Shown: positions 20,025 through 31,151 of the stretch, piece after piece
Numbering within the stretch: the stretch's first letter is position 1
Layout of the letters: every line of letters starts with the position of its first letter
Assembly (NCBI GenBank): GCA_047601445.1
Contig: JASGJH010000001.1
Location: 7,840,001-7,904,000 of the forward strand
Direction: 5' to 3'
Length of the DNA: 64,000 nt
DNA from: Myxococcales bacterium
GTDB lineage: Bacteria > Myxococcota_A > Polyangia > Polyangiales > DASUME01
Made by a program: the position numbers and the translations under genes
Notes under the pieces: model-generated
Told to the model about the DNA's origin: nothing
What the model saw: only the letters and a program-made list of their open reading frames with translations
Databases searched by the model: none

Positions 20025-20294
20025 TCACTTGCGGATGTTGAGTTCCTTGATGACCTTCCTGTAGCGCTGGAAATCCGCGCGCATCAGGTAGTCCAACAAG
20101 CCACGACGCTGGCTGACCATTTGGAGCAGGCCGCGACGGGAGTGGTGATCCTTGGTGTGGGTCTTGAAGTGCTCGGTGAGGTGCTGGATTCGCTCGGTCA
20201 ACAGGGCGATCTGGACCTCGGGGGACCCGGTGTCGGTGGGGTGCGTGCGGAACTTGCTGATCAAGTCCGTCTTGCGTTCTGCTGCAGTCGCCAT
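20025..20294 (-). CDS. rpsO: 30S ribosomal protein S15
   Basis: [23 protein letters not shown]; 89 aa. Confidence 0.98.
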   Translation of the reverse strand: MATAAERKTDLISKFRTHPTDTGSPEVQIALLTERIQHLTEHFKTHTKDHHSRRGLLQMVSQRRGLLDYLMRADFQRYRKVIKELNIRK

Positions 20295-20413
20295 CGAAAT
20301 GCTCTCTACGTTGTTCTCTTGGGCGGGCGAATATGAAGGCCACCCCCCCGGCCGTCAAGGCCGTGACCCGACCAGAGTCAGGCTTGGGCCCCGGTTCGAG
20401 GGGGGCTGGGGGC

Positions 20414-21202
20414 TCAACCCGCGAAAGGAATACGTTCCTTAAGCAGACGGGCCCGTTCCCGGGCCAGCGGGACGCGCGGTGAATCCGGGTGATCAAGGAT
20501 GAGTTCGTAGGTCCCGGCGCCCGCGGGCTCCATCGCCCGGATTTTGTCGATCCGCACCATGGCCCCTCGATGAGAGCGGAAGAACTCGCTCTCCGATAAG
20601 CGCTGCTCCAGGTTCGTCATGGTGAGGTCGAGGGCGAGGCGATCGCTGGCGGTCACGGCCCAGACCAGCTCGTCCTTCATCTCGAAGTAGATCACGTCGG
20701 CCACTTCGACGACCACGTAAACCCCGCCGCGTCGCACGGCGAGCCGCTCGAAGAGGGCCTCCTTGGGGCCGGCCGGGATCGAAGCCGTGGTGGCGGTGGT
20801 GGGGGAAGGGCCGAACGAGTTGGTGTCCTTGCGCAACGCGGCCTGAGCGCGTGCGATGGCGCTGCGAACTCGCTCGAGCCGCGCGGGCTTGAGCAGGTAG
20901 TCGAGCACTTGGGCCTCGAATGCGCGCAACGCGGCGTCGTCATAGGCGGTCACCACGATGACCTGAATGTTCGGGCGCCGACGCTTGAGCGCCTCGGCCA
21001 GAGCGATGCCATCGGGGCCGGGCATGCGTAGATCCACGAACGCCAGCTCGGGGTCTTCACGATCGGCGAGCCTGAGCGCCTCGTGCGCGTCACCGGCCTG
21101 ACCGACCACGTCTACACCACCTACCTCTCCCAACATGAATGCGAGTTCGTCTCGCGCGAGAGGTTCGTCGTCCACGATTATGGCTCGCAGGGGAGCGTTC
21201 AT
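20414..21202 (-). CDS. LytTR family response regulator
   Basis: IVDDEPLAR, FVDLRMP, DYLLKP, FFRSHRG LytTR domain. Confidence 0.93.
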   Translation of the reverse strand: MNAPLRAIIVDDEPLARDELAFMLGEVGGVDVVGQAGDAHEALRLADREDPELAFVDLRMPGPDGIALAEALKRRRPNIQVIVVTAYDDAALRAFEAQVLDYLLKPARLERVRSAIARAQAALRKDTNSFGPSPTTATTASIPAGPKEALFERLAVRRGGVYVVVEVADVIYFEMKDELVWAVTASDRLALDLTMTNLEQRLSESEFFRSHRGAMVRIDKIRAMEPAGAGTYELILDHPDSPRVPLARERARLLKERIPFAG

Positions 21203-22491
21203 TGCGCTGCTGCCTCTTCTGCCGCTGCGGCGGGCTTTTCGGGCAAACGTACCGAAGCAATCATGCCGTGTTCCGTCGGATCCAAGGTGAGCCTCGCTTG
21301 ACGACCGTACACGTGCGCCAGGCGTTGTCGCAACGTCTTCAGCGCGATGCCGGTGCCCGGTCGCTCGTCGTCGTCGTAGTGACTCACGCTGCTCGAGCCT
21401 GCGAGCGGGCGCATGGAACGTAGCGGGCCTTCGCTGGCATCCTCGATTTCGATCAACAGGTCGCGCCCGTCCATGCGGGCCCGGATGCTGACGGTGCCCT
21501 TGCCGGTGCGCTTGCCGATGCCGTGCTTCACCGCGTTCTCGACCAGCGGCTGGAGCAGCAGGGCCGGCACCAAGTGATTTTCCACGGCGGAGTCGAGCTC
21601 GACCTCCACACTCAAGCGTTCGTTGCCGAGGCGCGCCGCCTCGATCTCCAGGTAGGAGCGCGCGTGGTTGACCTCGGCTCGCAGTGGGGCGTCGCCGGGG
21701 TGAGAGAGCAGGTAGCGGTAGAGATCCGCCAGGTGACTGACGAGCTCTCGCGCGCGCATGGGGTCGATGCGGATCGTCGCGCGCAACACGTTCAGCGAGT
21801 TGAACAGGAAGTGAGGCTCCAGTCGGCGGCGCAAGGATTCGAGGGCGGCTTGATCGGCGGCGGCGCGCGCTTCGACCAGGGCGACCGCGGCCTCCTCGCG
21901 CTGTACTACCAGGCGCGACACCTCGACGAACAGCGTGACGCCTGCGGCGTTGACCAGCAGCTTGATCAAGTGGGCGGGCCAGGCGGGCAAGTAGCGACCT
22001 GCGTGTCCCACTACCACCAGACCGAAGCCCACGATGGCCAGATGGAACACTTGCACGCCGATCGCGGTGAAGAACACGCGGTGCCCGCGGAACGCCTGCG
22101 GTCTGCGTTTGGCGATCACGCCCGCGACCACGCCGTCCACCGCCGAGGCCAGCAGCACCCACGGGGCCGTCTGGTCGTCGACCCGGCTCGCCATGAAGAT
22201 GCCGCTGCACAGGCCCGCCAAAGCCCCCGCCTTGCGTCCGCCCAGGATGGCCGCCACCAACACCCCGATGGCGCGCACATTGATGTGCTCACCAGCGACC
22301 TCAAGCCCCAGCGTGGAGCCCCAAACGCTGAGGGCGGTGCCGAACAGCATGCCGAAGGCTTTGTCTCGGCTCTCGCCGGCCTGCCCCAAGAGGCGCTTAC
22401 GGAGCGGCGGAAACAACACCGCGAAGACGGCAGCGGCCGCGAGCAGCGCCATCTTCTCCGTGAGCGCAGTGAGCAGCTCGAGGGTGGACAT
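21199..22491 (-). CDS. LytS/YehU family sensor histidine kinase
   Basis: 5TM-LytS-type membrane region (INVRAIG..LGG), PHFLFNSLN H-box, LQPLVENAVKHG. Confidence 0.92.
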   Translation of the reverse strand: MSTLELLTALTEKMALLAAAAVFAVLFPPLRKRLLGQAGESRDKAFGMLFGTALSVWGSTLGLEVAGEHINVRAIGVLVAAILGGRKAGALAGLCSGIFMASRVDDQTAPWVLLASAVDGVVAGVIAKRRPQAFRGHRVFFTAIGVQVFHLAIVGFGLVVVGHAGRYLPAWPAHLIKLLVNAAGVTLFVEVSRLVVQREEAAVALVEARAAADQAALESLRRRLEPHFLFNSLNVLRATIRIDPMRARELVSHLADLYRYLLSHPGDAPLRAEVNHARSYLEIEAARLGNERLSVEVELDSAVENHLVPALLLQPLVENAVKHGIGKRTGKGTVSIRARMDGRDLLIEIEDASEGPLRSMRPLAGSSSVSHYDDDERPGTGIALKTLRQRLAHVYGRQARLTLDPTEHGMIASVRLPEKPAAAAEEAAAQ

Positions 22492-22515
22492 CAGCTCGCA
22501 GCTTAGCGCGCCTGG

Positions 22516-24540
22516 TCACGGACTTGGAACGGCCGCGCGGTGGGGCAGGGGAGTCGCCATGACGCGGCGCACACTTTCGGAGATTTCGGGCGTCAACTCG
22601 ATGACCGGAGGCGGCGGCTCGCGGTCGGTGTGGATGGGGTAGCGCACACGCACCCCGCCGGAGAAGGCTGGCACGCGCAGCTTCGGCAGCAGGTCGGTCA
22701 GGCAGGTCCGCAGGTGCTCGGGGATCTTGCCGTCGATGGACACCTCCGAGACCTCGCGGTGGCTGAAGAAGGCGAGAAAGGACAGCGCGACCGCATAGTC
22801 TCCGCGGCCACGTCGATCACTGCGCAGACAGGCCCGCGCCTTGGGCACGAGCTGCGTGCGCAGCATGTCGAGCACGCTCTCGGCCGGCATGGCCGTGTAC
22901 GCCCGAGGCGCCGACTCGGGGACGCTCGTGAAGGGGATCGCGGCGATCGTGTTGTCGCGCGGCGCCGGGCTAGCGCTGCTCCAGGGTGGCGGGGGATCCG
23001 AGCGAGCCAACCAATGGCCGAGCCAGTGACTCCCCCCATCGGGCACGAAGGTGTCGTGCGGGCGCTGCTCGACGACCTGCTGTTCCCCTGCGATGAGCCC
23101 CGTCGATAGAGGCTTGCTCAGGGCACGTCCGAGCGCGTCACCCAGTTGGGCGAGATCGCCTTGTTTCAAAGCGCGATCGGCCTCCTCGGCCAGCCAAAGC
23201 ACGCGCAGGGTCCGAGACGAAGCGACGGGAGGCCGGTCGCCCACGGCGAGCAGCCACAGCTCGGCGCCTCGTTCGTGGGCTAGCTGAAGCGCGCGCCGAT
23301 CGTCGGCGCTCGGGTCGAGGAGGCCGTCGGACAAGATCAAGATGCGGGGGCGTTCCTTGGCGATCTGGTGTTCGTGCAGCGCGAAGGCAGCGGAAGGGCG
23401 CGTGCCAGCATCGAGGTCGCTCATGGTGGCTTCGCTCAAGAGCGTGAGCGGAACGCTCTCGGCGCTGAACTGACCGAGCTCTCTCGCACGGGCCGCGAAG
23501 GCGGCCGCGCGCACGGGTGTTTGCGCGGGCAGCGCGGTGAGCAGTGCCGCCAGCACACTATCCACCCGGCCACGTGCCGGACCCTCCATCGACGGGCTCG
23601 CGTCGATCCAGAGCCAGGTCGGTCGCACCGGTGTCGCGGTGCTTCCGACGGCTCGGTAGCGGCGTGTACACCATCCTCTGCCGCAGCGAGCGCGGGTCAC
23701 GGGCGGGGTCAGAGGCTTCTCCGGTGGCCATTCGGCCCGCAACTCCAGCGACAAGCTGGCGTCCCAACTGAACTCCTCCGCCACCTCGAGGGACTGGAAA
23801 CCCGGCGCCAGCACTTGCACCCGCGAGGTGGGGGCGATGCGTGGATCCTGGCCGCGCGCCGGCAGGTGCAGCTGGACGTGTCCGCCCCGGAGCGGACTTT
23901 CAAGCATGTATCGCACCTCGAGTGCGAGCTTCGCCTCCGGCGCGATGGGGCCCACCCGGATAGCCAGTGCTGGCCCTGCATGGTCGCGAATGAGCTCGCC
24001 GGCCAGCCACAGTGAAGTCCGGGACGGGGACGGGGCTGGCTCGGTGGCCACTGCGCGCGGGCCGGCTGCGACGCACGGGTTACGACCCTGACAGGCAGAT
24101 AACCCCAGCAGGACCGCCCCCTCTGGCAGCGCCAGGCGGTAGGACGCTTCGGTCGCGTATTTGGCCTTGGAGTCCAGCTCCAGATTCACCTGAATGAAAG
24201 CCAACCCCTGCTCGATTCGAATCAGAATCTGGTGGCTCGTCTCGGTGACCTGGCTGAGGGAGCTCAGCACGGGCCCGCTCACGGCGCTGGGCAATACGAC
24301 CGCCTTCGCAGGCGTGAGCCGCTTGGCCGCCTCGTCGAGGTCCGATCCGGTGCTCCGGTCGATGCCGAGCGGGTCCTCGCCCTGCTCGGTGCTCTCGATG
24401 ACGCGCAGCTCATGGGTGTCGTCTGGTGTGGGCGCCACGTCCCTGGGCTCCGCCCTCGCCGGAGCGGCCCCCAGGACCAGCCCGCAGGCGGCCGCGTACA
24501 GAACAACGCGAAGCCTCGGTATCACTGCTATTCTCGCCAT
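22516..24540 (-). CDS. Exported VIT/vWA-like protein with AgmX/PglI (TonB-C-like) C-terminal domain
   Basis: Signal peptide ending APARA; YRLALPEGAVLLGL; MIDAS-like DASPS and ILSDG; two-Cys C-terminal domain ending VRVRYPI. Confidence 0.6.
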   Translation of the reverse strand: MARIAVIPRLRVVLYAAACGLVLGAAPARAEPRDVAPTPDDTHELRVIESTEQGEDPLGIDRSTGSDLDEAAKRLTPAKAVVLPSAVSGPVLSSLSQVTETSHQILIRIEQGLAFIQVNLELDSKAKYATEASYRLALPEGAVLLGLSACQGRNPCVAAGPRAVATEPAPSPSRTSLWLAGELIRDHAGPALAIRVGPIAPEAKLALEVRYMLESPLRGGHVQLHLPARGQDPRIAPTSRVQVLAPGFQSLEVAEEFSWDASLSLELRAEWPPEKPLTPPVTRARCGRGWCTRRYRAVGSTATPVRPTWLWIDASPSMEGPARGRVDSVLAALLTALPAQTPVRAAAFAARARELGQFSAESVPLTLLSEATMSDLDAGTRPSAAFALHEHQIAKERPRILILSDGLLDPSADDRRALQLAHERGAELWLLAVGDRPPVASSRTLRVLWLAEEADRALKQGDLAQLGDALGRALSKPLSTGLIAGEQQVVEQRPHDTFVPDGGSHWLGHWLARSDPPPPWSSASPAPRDNTIAAIPFTSVPESAPRAYTAMPAESVLDMLRTQLVPKARACLRSDRRGRGDYAVALSFLAFFSHREVSEVSIDGKIPEHLRTCLTDLLPKLRVPAFSGGVRVRYPIHTDREPPPPVIELTPEISESVRRVMATPLPHRAAVPSP

Positions 24541-24687
24541 CGGGTCCGTTCGGGGTCTTCCCGTAGGTGTCATAGAGCCTGCGAGAGTTCCCGAATACCG
24601 CGAGGTGCGCTGGGCCGCACCCGGGCGCGAGGACCGCCGCCCACTTGGTCTTGGTCTCGACAGCGGGGGAACGGGCTTCACACCATC

Positions 24688-26307
<1,620 letters not shown>

Positions 26308-26308
26308 C

Positions 26309-26725
26309 TCAGAACGCGAGGTTGCCCTTCTCTTTGGGCCCCTTGTTCTCGCCGAGCCCCTCGACCACACTGCCGCCCATGTCCTCGTAGGTGTAGGCCT
26401 GCTTGAGGCGGAATGCGTTGCCATCGTCGGCACGCACCGTGACGTCCGTCGGGCCTGCTTCGCCGCTCGGCGTCGTCACCACCAGGGACTCGGTGCCCCG
26501 GATGGTCACGCCCTTGGCCTTGGCGTTTCCGAAGTACACCGTGTAGCCGATGTCGGAGCGGAAGTTCTTGCCCTGAATTTCGACCTTCTGGTCGCCGGTA
26601 AGGTGCCCCGCTCGGGGGTTGATCCCGGTGACGGCCATCTGGCCGTCGCTTTCGCAGGCCATACAGAACACCGAGAAGAGTGCCGCTGTCATACTTCCTG
26701 CGCGCAAAGTGTTCCGGCTCATCAT
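26309..26725 (-). CDS. IPT/TIG domain lipoprotein
   Basis: Lipobox-like FCMAC; GINPRAG..GDQKVEIQGKNF..VYFG..VTTP. Confidence 0.8.
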   Translation of the reverse strand: MMSRNTLRAGSMTAALFSVFCMACESDGQMAVTGINPRAGHLTGDQKVEIQGKNFRSDIGYTVYFGNAKAKGVTIRGTESLVVTTPSGEAGPTDVTVRADDGNAFRLKQAYTYEDMGGSVVEGLGENKGPKEKGNLAF

Positions 26726-26857
26726 GATCCCTCGATCCCCTCGTCTGCGAATTCCGTCGGGACCATAGACGACACCTAGACGCAAGGTCAATGGCCCTTG
26801 GTTGCGTCACAGGCAGGGCCGAACTTGACACTACTGGCGCCACGTCAGCACACTCCA

Positions 26858-29371
26858 ATGCGCAGGGTGGCCAAGCGAAATCTTCTGCTCGTTGATTCGG
26901 ACCCTCGGAGTTTGAGAGTCCTGGAAGTCAGTCTCCGTAAGGCTGGCTATAGCGTGACTACGTCCGCGGATGTCGACGGCGCTCTCGAGCTCACCGAGCT
27001 CACCGAGCCCGATATGATCCTGGCCGACACGCGCTTGCCTGGGAAAGATGGCTTCGCGCTCGTGGCCGCCCTCAAGGCGCGTCCCAAGTGGGCGGAGATC
27101 CCGCTCGTGTTCCTCTCGAGCGATCCCTCCGTGGAGAGCCGTGTGCGCGGGCTCGAGCTGGGCGTCGAGGACTACCTCACCAAGCCCGTTTACATCCGCG
27201 AGATCCTCACCCGCGTGAATCTCGTGATGCAGCGCAAGGAGCGCGAGGGACTCAGCCGCACCTCCAAGACGCGCTTCGCGGGCGCCCTGGCCGACATGGG
27301 CCTGGTGGACCTGCTGCAGACCATCGATGTCAGCCGCAAGTCCGGCATCCTGCACCTCACCTCCAACGGCAAGAGCGGTTCCGTGTACTTCCATGAGGGG
27401 CGCGTGCTCGATGCCGAGCTCGGCGATCTCTCGGCCGAGGCCGCCATCTATCGCTTCCTGCTCTGGAACGAGGGCGAGTTCGAGCTGGATTTCCGCGATG
27501 TGCGTCGTGAGGACAAGCTCGGGGTCTCCACGCAGGGCCTGCTGATGGAGGGTATGCGGCGGCTCGACGAGTGGAGTCGTCTGCAGGAGCAGCTGCCCTC
27601 GCTCGGCACCGTGTTCGACGTGAGCCATGACGAGCTCTCGCATCGTCTCTCCGAGATCCCGGACGAGATCAACGAGGTGCTCAAGCTCTTCGACGGCCGG
27701 CGGACGCTGGCGCAGGTGCTGGACGAGAGCCGCGGGGACGATCTCGCCAACCTGAACTCCATCAACAAGCTCTACTTCGAGGGCTTCCTGATCGTCCGCG
27801 ATGCTCCGGCGCCCGAGGACAACGGTCCGGGCGACGACCTGCTCATCGGCTCCCTCGAGGGGCCCTACTTGCCGGATGAGGCCGAGACGCTGCTGCCCGC
27901 CGGGGAGCAGCAGGCGCAGGAGGCGCCGGCCCCCGTGGAGTTGGTCGCCCAGTTGGCGGAGCCCTTTGCGCCCGCGGCAGCGGCCCCCGTGACTCCCCAG
28001 TTGGTGGCCCCGGAGCCTGTGGAGGAGTCTGCGGAGACCCCGGTGGCGCTGGCCACGGAGGCCCAGGTGGCCGTATCTCCGGAGACCCCGCTAGCGTTGG
28101 CCCAGGAGGCGCCGGTGGCGTTGGCCGCCATCAAGCTCAAACGCGTCGCCATGAGCGCCGAGAGCGGTGCGTCGACGCGCCGTGTGAGCGCCCGAGAAAG
28201 CCTCAAAACCGAACCCGACTCCCGCGACCCACAAGCAGCAGCCGACGACCAGGCGGCGGCCGAGGATGAGGGCGCGATGGCCAAGCGGGCGAAGAAAATC
28301 AGTATTCCGAGCAGCGAGCCCAGCGCGCCCCGAGCGCCGAGTGCAGACAACGTCATCCAGCTGCCGGTCGGTCGTGCCGAGCCGCCGGCCCTTCCGAGCT
28401 CGGGAAGTCCCGCCGGTGGGCGCTCCAAGAAGGCGCGCCGCAAGGAGAAACGCCAGGCTCGCGAAGTCGCGGCGCGTGCCAACGGCGTGGGACCCACCCA
28501 GGGTGGCATCTCCGAGGTGCCGGGGGCGGCATCGGATCAGGATCCGGACGAGGACGAGATCGAGCGCTTCTTTTCAGAGCCGCCACCAGCTCCGGTGCCC
28601 ACGCCTCAGTGGACGGACCTCGAGGCCGTCGACGCGGATCCGGCGCATCGCAAGCAGGCCCAGCGTGGCCAAACCTGGACCATGTTGGTGCTGGCCCTGG
28701 GAGTGCTCGGGATTGGCGGCTTCCTCCTCTACAACAAGGTCTTCATGCCGACCCCGGCGGACCTTCCGGCCGTGCAGGTGGCTTTGCCCACCCCGGAGAT
28801 GATGCGCGCAGTGCCTGCGGCACCTCCAGCGGCGGCGCCCGCGCACGCAGCGGAGGCCGAAAAGCCCGAGCTCGCGCAGCCAGAGCCCGCCCCCGTCGAA
28901 CCCACCGCGGCCCCGAGTCCGGAGGCGGTCGAAGCGGTCCCGTCTGCCGAATCACCCGAGGCGGCGTTCGAACCCGTGCCCGGCGAGCCCGCGCGCGCCG
29001 AAGCTCCCAAGTCGGTCATCACCGCGTCGGACGCCGAGGGCTACGACACGCTTCTGGCCCAGGCCCGCAAGCAGGGCTATCGCCGCGCTGCCGAGTCGAG
29101 CTACATGCAGGCGCTCTCCATCAATCCCGAGGGAGCCCAGGCCTTGAGCGGTCTGGCCATGTTGTATCTCAACCTGGGCAAGAACGAGCAGGCGCGCGAG
29201 CGTGCGCGTGCCGCCGTCAAGGTCGATCCCAACAACTCCGAAGCATGGATTGTTCTCGGCGCCTCCGAGTCCAGCTTGGGCGACGAGGCGGCTGCCCGTG
29301 AGGCCTACGCGCACTGCGCCGAGCTACCCACGGGCAAGTACGTTCCAGAGTGCCGCCGCATGGTGCGCTGA
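26858..29371 (+). CDS. Response regulator with REC, DUF4388, TM and C-terminal TPR
   Basis: LLVDSD..ADTRLP..DYLTKP; GALADMGLVDLLQ..KSGIL..LLMEGMRRLDE; TM helix; TPR-like helices. Confidence 0.85.
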   Translation: MRRVAKRNLLLVDSDPRSLRVLEVSLRKAGYSVTTSADVDGALELTELTEPDMILADTRLPGKDGFALVAALKARPKWAEIPLVFLSSDPSVESRVRGLELGVEDYLTKPVYIREILTRVNLVMQRKEREGLSRTSKTRFAGALADMGLVDLLQTIDVSRKSGILHLTSNGKSGSVYFHEGRVLDAELGDLSAEAAIYRFLLWNEGEFELDFRDVRREDKLGVSTQGLLMEGMRRLDEWSRLQEQLPSLGTVFDVSHDELSHRLSEIPDEINEVLKLFDGRRTLAQVLDESRGDDLANLNSINKLYFEGFLIVRDAPAPEDNGPGDDLLIGSLEGPYLPDEAETLLPAGEQQAQEAPAPVELVAQLAEPFAPAAAAPVTPQLVAPEPVEESAETPVALATEAQVAVSPETPLALAQEAPVALAAIKLKRVAMSAESGASTRRVSARESLKTEPDSRDPQAAADDQAAAEDEGAMAKRAKKISIPSSEPSAPRAPSADNVIQLPVGRAEPPALPSSGSPAGGRSKKARRKEKRQAREVAARANGVGPTQGGISEVPGAASDQDPDEDEIERFFSEPPPAPVPTPQWTDLEAVDADPAHRKQAQRGQTWTMLVLALGVLGIGGFLLYNKVFMPTPADLPAVQVALPTPEMMRAVPAAPPAAAPAHAAEAEKPELAQPEPAPVEPTAAPSPEAVEAVPSAESPEAAFEPVPGEPARAEAPKSVITASDAEGYDTLLAQARKQGYRRAAESSYMQALSINPEGAQALSGLAMLYLNLGKNEQARERARAAVKVDPNNSEAWIVLGASESSLGDEAAAREAYAHCAELPTGKYVPECRRMVR

Positions 29372-29438
29372 GCGCGGCGCGTCCGAACTTCGCCGTTTCG
29401 GGCGCCAACCAGCCGAACTCGCGATAGTCTCAGAGGAC

Positions 29439-31151
29439 ATGTCGCAAGCGTTCGTGCATGAGACCGCCATCATCGACTCCAACGTCGAACTCGCCGAAGG
29501 AGTTCGCGTGTGGCACTTCGTCCATGTCTCGGAGGGCGCGTCCATCGGCCCGCGCACGAGCCTCGGGCAGAACGTGTTCGTGGGGAAGGGCGTGCGGGTC
29601 GGGGCCGGCGTGAAGGTCCAGAACAACGTCTCACTCTACGAGGGAGTGGAGCTCGAGGACGACGTCTTCGTGGGCCCGAGTGCGGTCTTCACCAATGTCA
29701 TCAATCCGCGTGCTCACGTGGAGCGCAAGCGTGAATACCGCCGCACCGTGGTTGGACGTGGAGCCACCATCGGGGCCAACGCCACCCTGGTTTGCGGCAA
29801 CCAAATCGGTCGCTATGCCTTGATCGCCGCCAACGCCACCGTCACCCACGAGGTGCCTCCCTACGCGCTCGTCATGGGCACGCCCGCGCGCCAGGTGGGC
29901 TGGGTCTGCGCCTGCGGTCACAAGCTTGGGCCCAAGGAGCTCGAGGGGGACGTGCGCTGCGCTGCATGCGCTAGCGACTATCGGATTGCGGTGGGGCATT
30001 GCGTTCCGCTGCCCGTTGGGGACTCCCAGGCCGCTGCCCAGCCGGTGCCGATGCTCGATGTTCGGGCCCAAAACGCGCCCTTGATGCCGGCGCTGCGGGC
30101 CAGCTTCGAGCGCGTGATGTCATCCGGGCACTTCATTCTGGGGCCCGAGGTGGAGGCCTTGGAGAGCGAGCTCTGCGAGCGCTTTGGGTATGCCCACGCC
30201 ATCGGCGTCTCGAGCGGCACGGATGCGCTGCTGTTGGCCTTGATGGCGCTTGAAGTCGGTCCCGGCGATGAGGTCATCACGAGCCCGTTCTCGTTCTTCG
30301 CGACCGCGGGCGTGGTGGCACGGCTCGGTGCGCGGCCCATCTTCGTCGACATCGATCCGGCCTCATTCAACCTCGATCCACGGCATCTGGAGATGGCCAT
30401 CACGCGCAAGACCAAGGCCATCATTCCCGTGCATCTGTTCGGTCAGGCCGCCGACATGGACGCGCTCCTGGCGGTGGCCGGCAACCACAATGTGCCCGTC
30501 ATCGAAGACGCTGCGCAGGCTCTGGGCGCAACGTGCAGAGGGCGCGCAGTAGGGACCCTGGGGGCCTTCGGCTGCTTCTCGTTCTTCCCATCCAAGAACC
30601 TCGGCGGCTTCGGCGACGGCGGACTGCTCACGACCCAGCGCGCGGATCTAGCCGAGCGCGCGCGCATCTTGCGGTCCCACGGAGGACAGCCGAAGTACTT
30701 CCATCGTTTCGTGGGCGGAAACTTCCGCATCGACGCGCTGCAGGCTGCCCTGATCCGCACCAAGCTCCCTTTGTTGGGCGAATACACCGAGGCGCGCAGA
30801 CGCCACGCGGCGTTCTACGATGAACGCTTCCAGATGGCCGACCTCGGCGCGCTGCTGCGAACCCCGGCTCGGCTCGATGCGGGACACGTGTACAACCAGT
30901 ACGTCATCCGCACCCCCAAACGGGACGCGTTGCGCGCGGCGCTCCAGGCGGCAGCCATTCAAAGCGAGGTGTACTACCCGCTCGGCCTCCACCTGCAACA
31001 GTGCTTCGAGTCCCTGGGCGGCAACGCGGGCGACATGCCCGAGACGGAGCGCGCGTGCGCCGAAGTGTTGGCCATCCCGGTGGCACCAGAGCTCTCGCGC
31101 TCCCAGCTGCACCGCGTGGCCGAGACCGTGATTGGCGCGCTCAGGGCCTGA
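29439..31151 (+). CDS. Fused WbpD-like hexapeptide N-acetyltransferase and DegT/DnrJ (WbpE-like) aminotransferase
   Basis: KVQNNVSLYEGV, FTNVINPR, CxC..CxxC; then SSGTDAL, EDAAQA, SFFPSKNLG; single open frame. Confidence 0.88.
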   Translation: MSQAFVHETAIIDSNVELAEGVRVWHFVHVSEGASIGPRTSLGQNVFVGKGVRVGAGVKVQNNVSLYEGVELEDDVFVGPSAVFTNVINPRAHVERKREYRRTVVGRGATIGANATLVCGNQIGRYALIAANATVTHEVPPYALVMGTPARQVGWVCACGHKLGPKELEGDVRCAACASDYRIAVGHCVPLPVGDSQAAAQPVPMLDVRAQNAPLMPALRASFERVMSSGHFILGPEVEALESELCERFGYAHAIGVSSGTDALLLALMALEVGPGDEVITSPFSFFATAGVVARLGARPIFVDIDPASFNLDPRHLEMAITRKTKAIIPVHLFGQAADMDALLAVAGNHNVPVIEDAAQALGATCRGRAVGTLGAFGCFSFFPSKNLGGFGDGGLLTTQRADLAERARILRSHGGQPKYFHRFVGGNFRIDALQAALIRTKLPLLGEYTEARRRHAAFYDERFQMADLGALLRTPARLDAGHVYNQYVIRTPKRDALRAALQAAAIQSEVYYPLGLHLQQCFESLGGNAGDMPETERACAEVLAIPVAPELSRSQLHRVAETVIGALRA

